Below are positions 26,501 to 37,600 of a DNA stretch of 64,000 bases, piece after piece; positions within the stretch are counted from its first letter, which is position 1, and every line of letters begins with the position of its first letter. The DNA is from Hemiscyllium ocellatum. Taxonomy: Eukaryota. The notes beneath the pieces are model-generated. The model was given only the letters and a program-made list of their open reading frames with translations, was not told where the DNA came from and made no database searches. Made by a program: the position numbers and the translations under genes. The stretch spans positions 81,126,484 through 81,190,483 of the forward strand of contig NC_083408.1 in assembly GCF_020745735.1 (NCBI RefSeq). The letters are read 5' to 3'.

Positions 26501-29500
26501 ATACTCAAATGTTCTACTTGTTGCCAATGAAAAAAAAACATGTTCATGGGATGTGGGCTTTGCTGGCTAGGCCAGCATTTATTGTCCAATCTGAATGTGA
26601 TGGAGAATGTGGAGGCATGGGGGTTCCAGATCAAGAGGTCATGGTCTTCATGTATGTGGGAGGCAATTTTAGCCTGGGATGTAAAGAATTTTCTTCACGC
26701 TGTGGTGAACCCATGAAGACTGTGAAAGCAAAGTAACTGAATACATTTAAAAAAGAAATAACAGATTTCCAGAAGTTAAAGGTGTCAAGGGGTATGGAGA
26801 AAGAGCAGGAGTACAATGTAGAGGTAAAGGATCAGCCTTGATGTATTGAATGGCAGACCAGGTTCAATGGGCCGAAGAGCCAGCTGATCCTCTTATTTTC
26901 TGTTTGATATTCTCGTAGAACTAACCTGTAATCATTGTAGTCTAAAATCTAAAAATAATAGAAATCTTGATGAATATAGATGAAGAAAATGGGGACAGGA
27001 TGGATAAAATTAAAGTAGGAGGCGGCTCATGGGCAACATGAACACTATCAGAATTCATTGGGATTGAATAGTTTGTGCTTAAGATTTTACAGAATTCTCT
27101 AAAAAGCTTATATTGATATGAACTGATCGAAAATAAATAATTCATTAATCATATACATTCAATAATATTTTCATTTTCTCACAGCAAACTTCTTACCTTT
27201 TTTAAAGGCCATTTGCAGCAAAGAATTCAGTTGAGGGGGGTATTAAATCTTTCCTCTACCTTTTACTGAAGAGCATGTTTAATTTTTGGGTAGTATTCTC
27301 TATGGATCAGCCAGTCTCCAGTATTGTTTTTAAAATGATCTGAAGTTAGTGAGCACTGAATAGCTATACAGCTATCAGTGACCAAGCAAAATACTGTCTC
27401 TTTCTGACATCCGTCAATAGATGCATTTCCGGTAGATGTCACAGTGTAGTGGTCAGTTGACATGTTACATCACATCATGTCTGGAACAGTGATTTGATGG
27501 CTCAATGATATTGCTCTGTCAAGGGCACACAATAGCATATTTCTTCATAAACGTAAGCTTCCTAACTATTGTGCACTAGAACCTAATGGTTAAATTTTAT
27601 GTAGTAACATAATTCAAATTAAATTGTCCCTTTATTGTAATCAGTTTATGGAATCTGGGCGAAAATCCATTAAATATAAACTGTAAATAATTTACTTAAT
27701 CAGAAAACTAGCAATTGCAACATTAAAATCCTTGTCCTTAAAAGAAGAAAGGAAGTACTTTGATTATGTAAATCTGACCTCATCAACACTTTTACAAAAC
27801 TGGATTGAAAGTTTATTGCAGATATTTTCATTTGTAAATTTTACTAAAATGATGGTATACAACATTTGGTTCTAAATTTAAACCTTGAAAATTTCCAGTG
27901 CTAGTGACCAAAGTATGTATTAAGTTCTGGGGCAATCATATGAATAAAATATAGTGAATATCTGCAGCTTGCCTCTCCTGTGGAGGATTCATCTTTATTT
28001 CTTTCCTAGTTGTATGTCTACATGCTTTATACCCTTTTCTAACTGCCGCAGGGTGGCAGCTCTGGTGAAAATCTTTTTTTTTTGGCTTTCCCATAAATTT
28101 TACTATACTTGTTTGAACAGGTAGCATTTTCTTTGTTGTTGACCTTTGAAATTAGCACAGGTAAACGCCAAATGCCTTTCATAGAATATTTTTCTCTTTT
28201 GTGAACGCTATTTGACTTCAGGAACCATTCTACCTACAGGTCTACAGACCTCCCCACATCCCCACTGCATATTATTTATTTTTGCAAATTGCAAACTGCA
28301 CCAACTGTTTTGATGTTCCAAACATTAATTAGCTACTAAACTATTTTTTAAAAACTCTTTGACAAGAAAGCATAACAATATTATAGTATTATCTCTTTTA
28401 AGATTAAAAAAAGCCTGCTGCAGTATCCAAGTAAGCGTTTCCTTCCTCCTCTATCTCTTTCATTATAACTATTAGTCATAAACTTCCTATACATAAAATG
28501 TAACCTGATATTGGACTTTTTGTGTGTACTTTTTATCTATCTGTTCACCCTTTATTTTTCAAAGCTGCATTAGTGACTCTTTACCACTTAGGTGAGAAAT
28601 CTGATCTTTGGCAGTAAGCTCAACAAGAATGTTTTAGTAAGTGATGAGCTAATGTGCAGTTATTTTTCCTATAAACCAGTTTTTAAAATATATATTATGT
28701 CATTGTAAAGGTTTTCTGTAATTGTAAAAGATGCGTTCACTAATATTTTTCCTTCAACTTTCTTCATAGTTTGTCAAGACCATCATTGCACAAGGACATC
28801 TAACACCACTCCCACTATTTGTTAGTCCAGTCTACTGGGCCTATGATTATGCTCTTTCTGTATACCCGGTACCCGACTTGATTGTGTTTGCTGACAAGTA
28901 TGATCCATTCAACATCGTCCATACAGATTGCATTTGCATCAATCCTGTAAGAACCACTACATCAAAGTTTTATTACATTGTAAACTGACCTAATGTAAGC
29001 AAAATAACTAATCTATATAGCTCCCTTAAAAACGTTCACGTTTCTTTCCAATAACTTTCGTGAGTTTTCAGAATTCAATGTAAAAGTGTTGTTTAATTAA
29101 TGTTTGAGCATGGTACTAATTAACCAAACTGCTTTCAGGTTCTTTCAAATTTCTCACCTGCATCTGTTGTCATTTGTAATGCATCTTTTTTCCTTTCTGC
29201 TTTTCCTTTTAATTTTTGTTTGTTACCATAAGCAGAATCTGACAATGAACATAACAACAGTGTGGTTACCTGTGGAAGAGACTGCATGTGCTGTTGGTTG
29301 TAGTGGGTGCCAGCTGAGCATGTACACCCAATTTGGTGCAGTGGCAGGAGCTATAGTATTAATTGTACATCTTTTAATAGAAATTTTACTTCTTTGTTTT
29401 AGGGCTCATTTCCTCGAAGTGGGTTCTGCTTCAAGGTATACTACCCCTCAAATAGAACTGTGGAGGACAGGTAATGGACAAACCTCTAAACTATATCTCA

Positions 29501-29725
29501 GCATGTCAGGAGACAGAAATTAAATATTTGTTTAAAAGCCTCTTTAAATGTATTCACAATTATGTCTAGATTCCTTGATATAAAAAATATTTTTGTTTAA
29601 AATTTGTTACAAAAATATATTAGTTTTACTTAGCATTTCAAACGATCGAGAAATTATTTTCAACTAATTTTATAAAGATACTGATTATATTTTTCTTCCA
29701 TTTCAGTAAACTTCAGAATCTTTGA
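5512..29725 (+). CDS. POLE2: DNA polymerase epsilon subunit 2 (B subunit), complete spliced CDS, 19 exons, 1581 nt = 526 aa + stop
   Basis: Hand-spliced join(5512-5576,11192-11292,12819-12894,13798-13875,14961-15054,16738-16812,17502-17585,19949-20005,20793-20841,21466-21538,23462-23634,24214-24303,24388-24442,25510-25569,26043-26120,26234-26342,28770-28946,29403-29470,29707-29725). All phases are compatible and the translation is colinear with vertebrate POLE2. 17 GT-AG introns and 1 AT-AC intron. Confidence 0.96.
5632..5850 (+). mobile_element. HE1/V-SINE-type tRNA-derived SINE
   Basis: cccacagtccaaa..gtgcaggttaggtgaattggccatgctaaattgccc core and CR1-like tail gggccgaagggcccgtttccacactgta. 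Confidence 0.8.
6034..6779 (-). mobile_element. Penelope-like element 3' UTR/pLTR fragment with CA-rich tract and degenerate hammerhead motif (6124-6158)
   Basis: Reverse-complement match to 34095-34822, the 3' end of the GIY-YIG element. Confidence 0.8.
6781..7380 (-). mobile_element. CR1 LINE 3' fragment carrying a 65-nt PLE-derived insertion (6980-7044)
   Basis: [19 protein letters not shown]...HFFSQRV; same subfamily as 34935-35625; TSD CACTCT around the insert. Confidence 0.85.
7965..8340 (-). mobile_element. Degenerate PLE terminal fragment
   Basis: Similar to left arm of 36440-36812 (cagaagtcacatg..atagtccaacaggttt..aatcacaagctttc). Confidence 0.55.
9950..11005 (-). mobile_element. 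CR1 LINE 3' fragment
   Basis: [24 protein letters not shown]; RT remnants. Confidence 0.85.
11192..11292 (+). CDS. POLE2: POLE2 exon 2
   Basis: [33 protein letters not shown]; ag/gtaagt. Confidence 0.9.
11655..12260 (+). mobile_element. Old CR1 LINE 3' fragment
   Basis: [28 protein letters not shown]. Confidence 0.8.
12819..12894 (+). CDS. POLE2: POLE2 exon 3
   Basis: [24 protein letters not shown]; ag/gtaggt. Confidence 0.93.
13798..13875 (+). CDS. POLE2: POLE2 exon 4
   Basis: [25 protein letters not shown]; ag/gtgagt. Confidence 0.94.
14125..14310 (+). mobile_element. HE1/V-SINE 3' part
   Basis: ggattggccatgctgaattgccc..gggccaaaaggcctacttccacactgtaggg. Confidence 0.7.
14961..15054 (+). 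CDS. POLE2: POLE2 exon 5
   Basis: [31 protein letters not shown]; ag/gtaaag. Confidence 0.93.
15823..16091. mobile_element. Fold-back PLE-terminus insertion with 14-bp TSD
   Basis: TSD TAAGGAACCAATCA at 15809-15822 and 16092-16105; inverted arms ~15857-15938 / 16011-16091. Confidence 0.8.
15997..16032 (+). ncRNA. Minimal type-I hammerhead ribozyme motif (family A)
   Basis: ATTC-CTGATGA-A-GGGC-TTTT-GCCC-GAA-AC-GT-C-GATT; intact core, predicted cleavage after C16028. Confidence 0.7.
16738..16812 (+). CDS. POLE2: POLE2 exon 6
   Basis: [25 protein letters not shown]; ag/gtaagg. Confidence 0.94.
17502..17585 (+). CDS. POLE2: POLE2 exon 7
   Basis: [28 protein letters not shown]; ag/gtaagc. Confidence 0.94.
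18046..18270. mobile_element. Fold-back PLE-terminus insertion with 12-bp TSD and two opposed family-B hammerhead motifs
   Basis: TSD TCTGCTGGAATT at 18034-18045 and 18271-18282; motifs at 18097-18131 (-) and 18149-18183 (+). Confidence 0.8.
18429..19010. mobile_element. Probable solo LTR (Gypsy-like), 582 bp
   Basis: Starts TGTGATG, ends CATAACA (6/7 inverted termini), flanked by a GATT duplication (18425-18428, 19011-19014); non-coding. Confidence 0.55.
19105..19857. mobile_element. CR1 3' end (+) with nested CR1 3' fragment (-, ~19143-19610)
   Basis: [23 protein letters not shown] on minus; ctctatgactct tail on plus. Confidence 0.75.
19949..20005 (+). CDS. POLE2: POLE2 exon 8
   Basis: [19 protein letters not shown], followed by U12 donor ATATCCTTT. 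Confidence 0.93.
20006..20792 (+). other. POLE2: U12-type (minor spliceosome) AT-AC intron, POLE2 intron 8
   Basis: Donor ATATCCTTT at 20006; branch-point-like TTCTTTAAC at 20774-20782; terminal AC at 20791-20792. Splicing joins KA|QFHSG in frame. Confidence 0.92.
20793..20841 (+). CDS. POLE2: POLE2 exon 9
   Basis: [16 protein letters not shown]; ac acceptor / gtaatg donor. Confidence 0.92.
21466..21538 (+). CDS. POLE2: POLE2 exon 10
   Basis: [23 protein letters not shown]. Confidence 0.94.
21605..23250. mobile_element. CR1 LINE with 5' inversion (- 21672-22760; + 22761-23250)
   Basis: RT motifs on minus; contiguous C-terminal part and tail on plus. Confidence 0.9.
23462..23634 (+). CDS. 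POLE2: POLE2 exon 11
   Basis: [57 protein letters not shown]. Confidence 0.95.
24214..24303 (+). CDS. POLE2: POLE2 exon 12
   Basis: [29 protein letters not shown]. Confidence 0.94.
24388..24442 (+). CDS. POLE2: POLE2 exon 13
   Basis: [17 protein letters not shown]; preceded by an 84-nt intron. Confidence 0.93.
25227..25446. mobile_element. MITE, Tc1/mariner-pogo type (220 bp)
   Basis: TA flanks; imperfect TIRs CACTCAGTTCTGCTATAAT / ATTATAGCAGAACAACCTG; no ORF. Confidence 0.7.
25510..25569 (+). CDS. POLE2: POLE2 exon 14
   Basis: [19 protein letters not shown]. Confidence 0.94.
26043..26120 (+). CDS. POLE2: POLE2 exon 15
   Basis: [25 protein letters not shown]. Confidence 0.94.
26234..26342 (+). 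CDS. POLE2: POLE2 exon 16
   Basis: [36 protein letters not shown]. Confidence 0.95.
28770..28946 (+). CDS. POLE2: POLE2 exon 17
   Basis: [59 protein letters not shown]. Confidence 0.95.
29403..29470 (+). CDS. POLE2: POLE2 exon 18
   Basis: [22 protein letters not shown]. Confidence 0.94.
29707..29725 (+). CDS. POLE2: POLE2 exon 19 (last coding exon)
   Basis: tttcag|T AAA CTT CAG AAT CTT TGA = (S)KLQNL*. Confidence 0.88.
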
Positions 29726-29911
29726 TTGCAAAATTTTAAAACTTAGAGACTGGATATTGAAGACTTACATTTGCACATTAATGCCTTTTCCATTTTTGAG
29801 CATTTCTTGTTTATTTGTACATATCTGTATTGGAGATTTTGTTTATAAATTAAATTTAGAATGTCTGTCTGCTTTAGTTAATAACGATCCATATATTTTC
29901 AAAAGGTTGAT

Positions 29912-30064
29912 AATAAACTAAAATTTGTAAGTATGTCCCTTTTATAAGAACTATTCTTTTTAAGTCTAGATTTATCTTATCATAATTTATTAAACTTGTA
30001 TTTTTTGCATTCTGTACAATGACAGAAAACCTCTGTGACACATCTTTCAATTTATTGTAATAAA
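29912..30064 (+). terminator. Candidate POLE2 polyadenylation signals
   Basis: AATAAA at 29912-29917 and 30059-30064 in AT-rich 3' UTR. Confidence 0.5.
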
Positions 30065-30274
30065 ATACTTCAGGTATCTTAATGTTGCCGTGATGGGAAA
30101 ATTGTTAGCGGGGATAAATATTTGCCCCACTGCATTTTTACCTGAGCTCATCTCCTACTGAAACTCTCATTCATTTCTTCATTACCTCGAGACAGGAGAT
30201 ATTGCAGTTTATTCCTTATTGGTTTCCTGCATTCTACTTGGTCACCCAAAGTTGACCACACATACATTTACTCA

Positions 30275-33130
30275 TATGAACATGTGAATTAGGACTTGCT
30301 GTAGGCCATGTAGCCCTTTTGAACCTGCTCTGCCATTCAATAAAATCATGGCTGATTTGATTATAATCTCAATTCCAATTCCTGTCTATCTGTGACAAGC
30401 TTTCACACCCTTGCTTAACTAGAATCTATTTACCTCTGACTTTAAAATATTCAAGGACTCTGCTTCTGGCACCTTTTCAGGGAGAGAGTTCCAAAGAGTT
30501 GCATCTCTCTAAAATTTTTTTTGGCCGCATTTCTGTTTTGAATGGGTTACCCCTGATTATTAAACAGTGACCTAGTCCTAGATTCTCCCATAAGAGCATC
30601 CTCTCCACATCTACCTTTTCAAGACCCTCAGGATCTTCTGTATTTCAATCAAGTTACCTCTTACTCTTCTAAACTCCAATGGATAAAAGCTTCACCTGTC
30701 CAACCTTTCCTCATAAGAAATGTCACCTCAGAATTGTCTCAAATACATGTACCTCATCCCTTAAGTGAAAGTACGGGGCTACATAGTACTCCAGATACTG
30801 TCTCACCAGTGCCCCATATAATTGAAACACAACCTCTCTGCTTCTGTATTCCATTCCATGTTGTGTTTATTTTATATTAAGCTGTCCCCCTCATTGTCAC
30901 TCTGAGCATCATCCCTTTTGTCCATGTTTATAAGGTTGTAATGTCACGAGTCAGGTGGTCCTGGTGGGGAACCCACATAGAATATTAGTGAACAGACTAT
31001 TCCTTTGCAAATATCACTTGAGAGGTCGGTTAGCTCAGTTGGGCTAGTTTGCAATGCACAGTAATGCAATCAGCACTGGTTCAATTCCTGCAATGGTTCA
31101 GGTTACCATGAATGTTCTCCTTTCTCAACCTTGCTCCTCACCTGAGGTGTGGTGACTCTCGGGTTAATCTCTCACTCACTCTCACACAAACCCGATAGTC
31201 CTCTGGGACAATGCATAATGTTCTGTTAGCTTGCCCAATTACTTACTGTACATGCATACTAATGTTTCATGATTCATGCACATTATATTCCCATTTGCCA
31301 GATCTCTGCCCATGCATTTAACCTATCCATATATTTTTATCGCCTTGTGTCTTCTTCACAACTTAGTGTCCTACATCTCTGACATCAGAAAATTTGACAA
31401 TCATATCCTCCGAACCTTCATGTAAATCATTTATATAAATTGCAAACAGTTGAGATCACAGCACGCATCCCTGTGGCACACTGCTTGTTACCTCCTGCAA
31501 CTTGGAAAGGACTCATTTATGCCTATATTTCCTGTTAGTGAACCAATATGCACCTACCACACCTCTTCTTTTCCACAATAACCTTTGATGTGACAGATTA
31601 TTAAATACCTTCTGGAAATCTAAGTCCAGTATATCTACTAGTTCCCCTTTATCCACAGCAAGTGTTACATTCGCAAATAGATTGGTCAATTATTTCCCTT
31701 GTCGTGCTAATTCTGCCTGATGACCGTAAACTTATACAATTGCCTTCCTTTAACTGTAATAATAGAACATAACACGGTACAGGTCCTTCAGCCCTTGATG
31801 TTGTGCAACCTTTTATCCTTCGCAAATATCACACTAACCTACTTAACCTCCATTCTATTAACTTCCATATGCATATCTAAGTATGTCCCTAATGTACCTG
31901 ACTCTACTATGACTGCTGGCAGTGCATTTCATGAACCCATCAATGTACCTCAGACATCTCCCCTAAACCTTCCTCCACTCCCCTTAAAACTATGTCCCCT
32001 CGTGATAGACATTTCCACTACAGAAGAAGTCTCTGGCTATCCATTAGATCTATGCCTCTCATCATCTTAAACACCTCTATCAAGTCACCTCTCATCTTTC
32101 TTCGCTCCAATGAGAAAAGCCCTCGCTCCCTCAACCTTTCCTCATTAGACATTCCTTCCGGACCAGGCAGTATCCTGATAAAACTCCTCAGCAGCCTCTC
32201 TAAAGCTTCCATATCTTTCCTGTAATGAGATGACCAGAACTGAACAAAAAATATTCCAAATGTGGTCTAACTAGGCCTCTTATAGAGCTGCAGCATAACG
32301 TCTCGGCTCTTAAGCTCAATCCTCCACTAATGAAAGCCAACGCATCATACACCTTCTTAACGACCCTATCATCTTGGGTCACAACTTTGAGGGATCTATG
32401 GACCCTAAGATCTCTCTCTTCCTCCACATTGCCAAAACTCCTGCCTTTAACCTGTATTCTGCAATCAAATTCAACATTCCAAGGTGAATGACTTCACGCT
32501 TTTCCAGGGTGAACTCTTATAACTTCAATCACTTTTCCGACTGATATTAAGCCAACTGGATTGTAGTCTCCTGCTTTCTGTCTTCCTTTTTGCTCCCTTT
32601 TGCTATTGGGACTATTTTTGAATGAAGAGAGTTTTGGAAAATTAAAACCAAATACATCAGTTATCTCGACTCTAGAGTGAAGTCCCATGAGAGCCTGGAC
32701 ATTTTAAGCCTGCAACCCCAACAATTTACTCAGCACCGCTTCTCTCGTGATTGATTTTCCTTTGACCTCGCTCCCTTCCATTTCCTGATGTATTGCTACT
32801 TCTGGGTTAATTCTTGTATCCTCTATATTGAAGATAGATGCAAAATATCTGTTCACTGCATTTGACGTTTCCTTATTGTCTAGTCTAAATTGTTATAGTA
32901 CAAACACTTTCATTGTTTTCTCATTGAAGTATCTATAGAAACTCTTCCTTTGTGATTCAATATTTCTGACTGGCTTTCTCTTGTACTCTATAATTATATT
33001 CTTAATTTTTTTAAATAATCCTTTTGTGTTTTTAAATATCTGTCTTATCTTCTGATCTGCCACCTTTCTTTGCACAACAATATGCTTTTTTCTTTCTGTG
33101 GGAAAAGATCTGCCATCCTGCCTACCCATA
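30275..33130 (-). mobile_element. Cluster of nested decayed CR1 fragments
   Basis: GLFSLERRKMRGDLIEVFKMMRG, YNPVGLISVGK, SFYRYF remnants. Confidence 0.75.
31022..31212 (+). mobile_element. tRNA-derived SINE
   Basis: A box GGTTAGCTCAGTTGG, B box GGTTCAATTCC, non-tRNA body. Confidence 0.65.
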
Positions 33131-33169
33131 ATAGGCCCACACAGAACACAGGAAAGCAACTTGGCCAAA

Positions 33170-34822
33170 CTTTACCAGAATCACCCAGAATGCCTCAGCA
33201 GTGACCAAACAGTCTGACAAGTGAAACCAGACAACACTCACAGACAAGGGAATACACTTCCCAAAACACACTCCTAATACCTGGTCCCCACAGCTGTCTC
33301 AAAGCCCTGTGGGTAGTCTCATGCACACAATACCAAAGCCACACAAAGAACAGGTCAGGCGGAGAGGCACCACCAAGGACCTTGCACCCAGGACAGGAAC
33401 AATGGAAGCACCTTACTGTTTCAAGTTCTTCGCGACCTGCAACACATTCTTAATGATGAGCACCTCGCCAAGACCTTCCCCACACCTCTATTGCTCGCCT
33501 TTAAACAACCGCCAAACCACAAACAGATCATTGTTTGTAGCAAGCTGCCCGGCTTTCAGGACAGCTCCATACAACCCTGTCACAGTAGGCGCTGCAAGAC
33601 GTGCCAGAGTGTGGACATGGACACCACCATTACACGTGGGGACACCTCCCATCATGTATGTGGCAGGTACTCATGCGACTCAGCCAACGTTGTCTATCTC
33701 ATATGCTGCAGGCAAGGTGCCCTGTGGCATGGTACATTGGTGAAACCAATCAAAGGCTACAGCAACGGATAAATGGGCATCGCACAACAATCAACAGAAA
33801 GGAGTGTTCTCTCCCAGTTAGGGAACACTTCAGCGGTCCAGGACATTCGACCTCGGACGTTCGGGTGACCATCCTCCACGGCGGACTTCGGGACAGGCAG
33901 CAGCAAAAAGTGGCCGAGCAGAGGCTGATAGCTAAGTTCCATACCCATAGAGAGGGCGTCAACCAGGACCTTTGGTTCATGTCACACTACAGGTGACCAC
34001 CATTGCACTATACACAGACAGAAGCTCCTAAACACACATACACAGACACGCACATAGGCACTCACACACTCCTACAGACACACACACTACCACACTCACA
34101 CATGCATCCTCTCACAGACTTAGACACTTTACACTCACATACACATACACTTTCTCACAGACACTCACAACCCCCCACCCCAGACACACATACATTTCTA
34201 CAGACACACACACACTCACACATGCATCCCCTCACAGACTTAGACACTTTACACACACACATATACAATCTCTCTCGCACTCACAACTCCCCACCCCAGA
34301 CAGACACACACACAAAAACCATATGCACACATACACATATACGTACTTGCAGTGTTACATTGTACTTTGCTCAAAAACTGCATGAATCCTTGTAAGACTC
34401 TGTTAACTCATTTTATAGACTAGAATCAGTCTAAACATTATGGCACAGACAACAGAATACAGAGGGCTAACACCTTCAACATCTTTACATCTTATCTGGG
34501 CTGACACAAATTGTTACAGTTAACCTGAGAATGTAACTTTTTAAAGAAGTCTTGTGATTTCCATATGAAAGAAGTGAAACTATCATGCTCATTCTAACAG
34601 ATGAAAAACTCAAACAATCAAGGTATTTTTCAATGTATAATTTCAGTTACACTAAACTTTTGCTATTAATTCTGTGTCTTACAATTGTGGACTCTACAAC
34701 CATCTGATGAAGGAGTCGCGCTCTGAAAGCTAATGCTCCCAATTTAACTTGTTGGACTATAACCTGGTGTTGTGTGATTTTTAACTTTGTTCACCCCAGT
34801 CCAACACTGGCATCTCCAAATC
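33170..34822 (+). mobile_element. Penelope-like retroelement, 5'-truncated: GIY-YIG endonuclease pseudogene + CA-rich UTR + hammerhead motif
   Basis: CxxxRCKTC, SANVVYLICC, WYIGETNQRLQQRINGHR, EHFSGPGHS, EQRLIAKF; frameshifted. Confidence 0.88.
34701..34735 (+). ncRNA. Minimal hammerhead motif (family B)
   Basis: CAT-CTGATGA-A-GGAG-TCGCG-CTCT-GAA-AG-CT-A-ATG. Confidence 0.6.
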
Positions 34823-34934
34823 ACTTTACTGTTTCAAAAGAGACATTCTCACTTACCTGCAAAGTGAGCTGAAATCTCCTGATCCCACCAAAAACTCATT
34901 GATACTGTCAGGATGTTACATTGTATTGACTATT

Positions 34935-35625
34935 ACAAAGGTATCTGAGAGTGCTAGTCCAGGATTCTCTAAAGGTTGATTTGCAGGTTAAGGAAATAAT
35001 TGTAATGTTGCCACTTATCTCAAGAGGGCTGGAATACAAAAGCAGCAAAGTGCTTCTGAGACTTTTCAAAGCTCTAGTTAGGCCCCATTTAGAATACTGT
35101 GTCCAATTTTGAGCCTCACGCCTCAGGAAGGACATACTTGCACTGGAGCGTGTCCAACGGAGGTTCCTGGAATGGTAGGCCTAACATACAATGAATGGCT
35201 GAGGATCCTGGGATTGTATTCATTAGAGTTTAGAAGATTGAGGGGAGATCGAATAGAAACTTACAAGATAATGCATGGCTTAGAAAGGGTGGATGCTGGA
35301 AATTTGTTTCCATTAGGTGGGGAGACTAGGACCCGTGGGCACAGCCTTAGATTTAGAGTGGGTCAATTTAGAACAGAAACGAAAAGACATTTCTTCAGCC
35401 AGAGAGTGGTGGGCCTGTGGAATTCATTGCCATGGAGCACAGTGAAGGCTGGGACGTTAGGTGTCTTCGAGGCAGAGATTGATAAATTCTTGATCTCGCA
35501 AGGAATTAAGGCTACAGGGAGAGTGTGAGTAAGTGGAATTGAAATGCCCATCAGCCATGATTAAATGGTGGAGTGGACTCAATGGGTTGAATGGCGTAGC
35601 TTCCACTCCTATGTCCTGTGGCTTT
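34935..35625 (+). mobile_element. CR1 LINE 3' fragment
   Basis: [35 protein letters not shown]. Confidence 0.85.
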
Positions 35626-36439
35626 TGGACAATCAGGACATTCTTCCGATAACTGTTTTTCAATTATCATCACTGAGTAATCCAATTACAATTTCCAAAT
35701 ACATTGTATCTTTCCCCATTTTAATTAAACTAATTGTACAAGATTCCTATCAAACCTGGCTTCATCCTCAGCTTGAGGAAGAGTATTTTCTGCTACCTAG
35801 ACAGACTGTGCTGTTTCAGCTTAGTCAATTTCTCTTCCGCGATATCGCCATACTAATAAACTCTTTGTTAATTTCACTTCGAACTGTGCTTTGTGATCTC
35901 TAACTTATTGGGCTAATTTCTCCTACACTTTCAATTAAAACTATCTTAAAATTGAATTTTACATTCAAGGATAATGTTTGCTGCTACCTAGGGGCACCAA
36001 GTGGCATCACGTTCAGTTTTCCTATTCTGTGCTTGTGACATGCATTCGAAACTGCCAAACAACACGTTCTAAAACATTCTTCTCCTGCTTTGCAGATTCC
36101 CTTCATGGCCTTGCTCTTCTAATTCTATTGTATTGTGCACTCTCGATTGCAGTTGCTCCACCATTGGGGTTAGCATCTAAAATTGCCTCGGTCCTAAGCT
36201 TTAGGATATTTTCTCCACACCTCTTTGCTTCTCAACCTACTTTGCGACTTTAAGATTTTCCTTCTTTAAAACACTATATAAAACTGACCCCTGTTGTTAC
36301 TTCACCTAATAACTTTTTGTGGACTTCACTGATGTACTTTGTTTTACAGTGCTCCTCTGAAGTGTATTGGCCATTTTATTATGTTAAAAATACTTCAACA
36401 AATAAGTTGATGTTATCTTCTCTGTCCTGACTCATATGC

Positions 36440-36812
36440 ACAAAGTCAGAAGTCACATGGCACGAGATTATAGTCCAGCAGTTTTATCTAAAATCACAAG
36501 TTTCAGAGCACTGCTCCTTTTGTCAGGTGAAGTGGAGGGAGCACCCAGGCACAGAATTTATAAGTGGAGAGATAATGGCAAGATAATTCTATGCAATTAA
36601 GAGTGTCAAAAGACTTAAGTATAAAGTCTTTTGACACTCTTGATTGCCTGGAATTATCTTGCTATTATCTCTCTGCTTATACATTCTGTGCCTGACGAAG
36701 GAGCAGTGCTCCAAAAGCTTGTAATTTTGAAGAAACCTATTGGACCATAATTTGGTGTCATGTGACTTCTGACTTTGTCCATCCTCGTCCAACACTGGGA
36801 CCCCCACATCAC
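36440..36812. repeat. ~340-bp fold-back palindrome of PLE terminal sequence
   Basis: Centre GAGTGTCAAAAGACT-taagtataa-AGTCTTTTGACACTC; arms pair out to caaagtcagaagtcacatg / catgtgacttctgactttg; mutated hammerhead at 36690-36722. Confidence 0.8.
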
Positions 36813-37274
36813 AGTTTGAACACACATCAAATCCCCTCACAATCTTCTATTTTTAATAAGAACAGCTTCAGCTTATTTAGTCCAAGTATGTAAGTGAAAT
36901 GTTTGAACCACAGGACAATTATTGTAAATCACTTCTGTACCCTTTTACACTGCCTTCACATTAATCCAACTGACAGTCTAGAGTTATTTCCAAACTTTGA
37001 CATTTGAGAGTAGGAAAGCTTGTTGTTTCTAATGCTTGACATCAATAGCTAACTACTTGAGATAAATTGTCGTTTGAAAGTTGATAAGCAGCTAAAGTTG
37101 GAGATCCAGCATCCATATAATTATGCTACTGAGACATGTTCATGTCTTAACTTAAAAGAACCTACCAGCAGGGTCACTAGTGAAACTATTTGCCTCGGCA
37201 ATTTCCAGCTTTTGCGGGCAATAGTTGCATAATAACGACCGAAATTTTATTTACAACATGCTAACAATAGGATT

Positions 37275-37554
37275 ATAAACAAAGCAGGGTCGAGACCTGG
37301 TTTGTGTTTGTGTTTGAAGACGTCTCCTTGGCAACCAGGACACATCACATCGGGTTGATTCCTACCTAAATCCGCCATATAGTACGCATCACGTAGATAC
37401 CCAACGTACTGCATCCCTTAAGTATAAAAAGACGCTAACTTCAACCGTTCTTTAAAACAAGTTACTAAACAAAGTCAAACATAATACCTTCGGAGTTGGA
37501 TAAAGGGGAGAGTAAGGTAAAGGATGACCAAACTTTCGTGCGGTGTTGACGTCA
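37275..37554 (+). promoter_or_regulatory. DNAAF2 promoter: forkhead-like ATAAACA, RFX X-box, CRE
   Basis: ATAAACA 37275-37281; GTCTCCTTGGCAAC 37322-37335 (X-box-like); perfect CRE TGACGTCA 37547-37554; locally CpG-rich. Confidence 0.6.
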
Positions 37555-37600
37555 AACGTCTGCGACGGCGGATGTAGACGCGTTGAGGTAGACCTACAAC

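Noticed and set aside
31022-31095. Possible tRNA gene
   Set aside because: A/B boxes present but no convincing cloverleaf; continues into a SINE body.
34003-34395. His/Thr-rich ORFs here and at 6474-6872
   Set aside because: Translations of CA-rich PLE UTR tracts.
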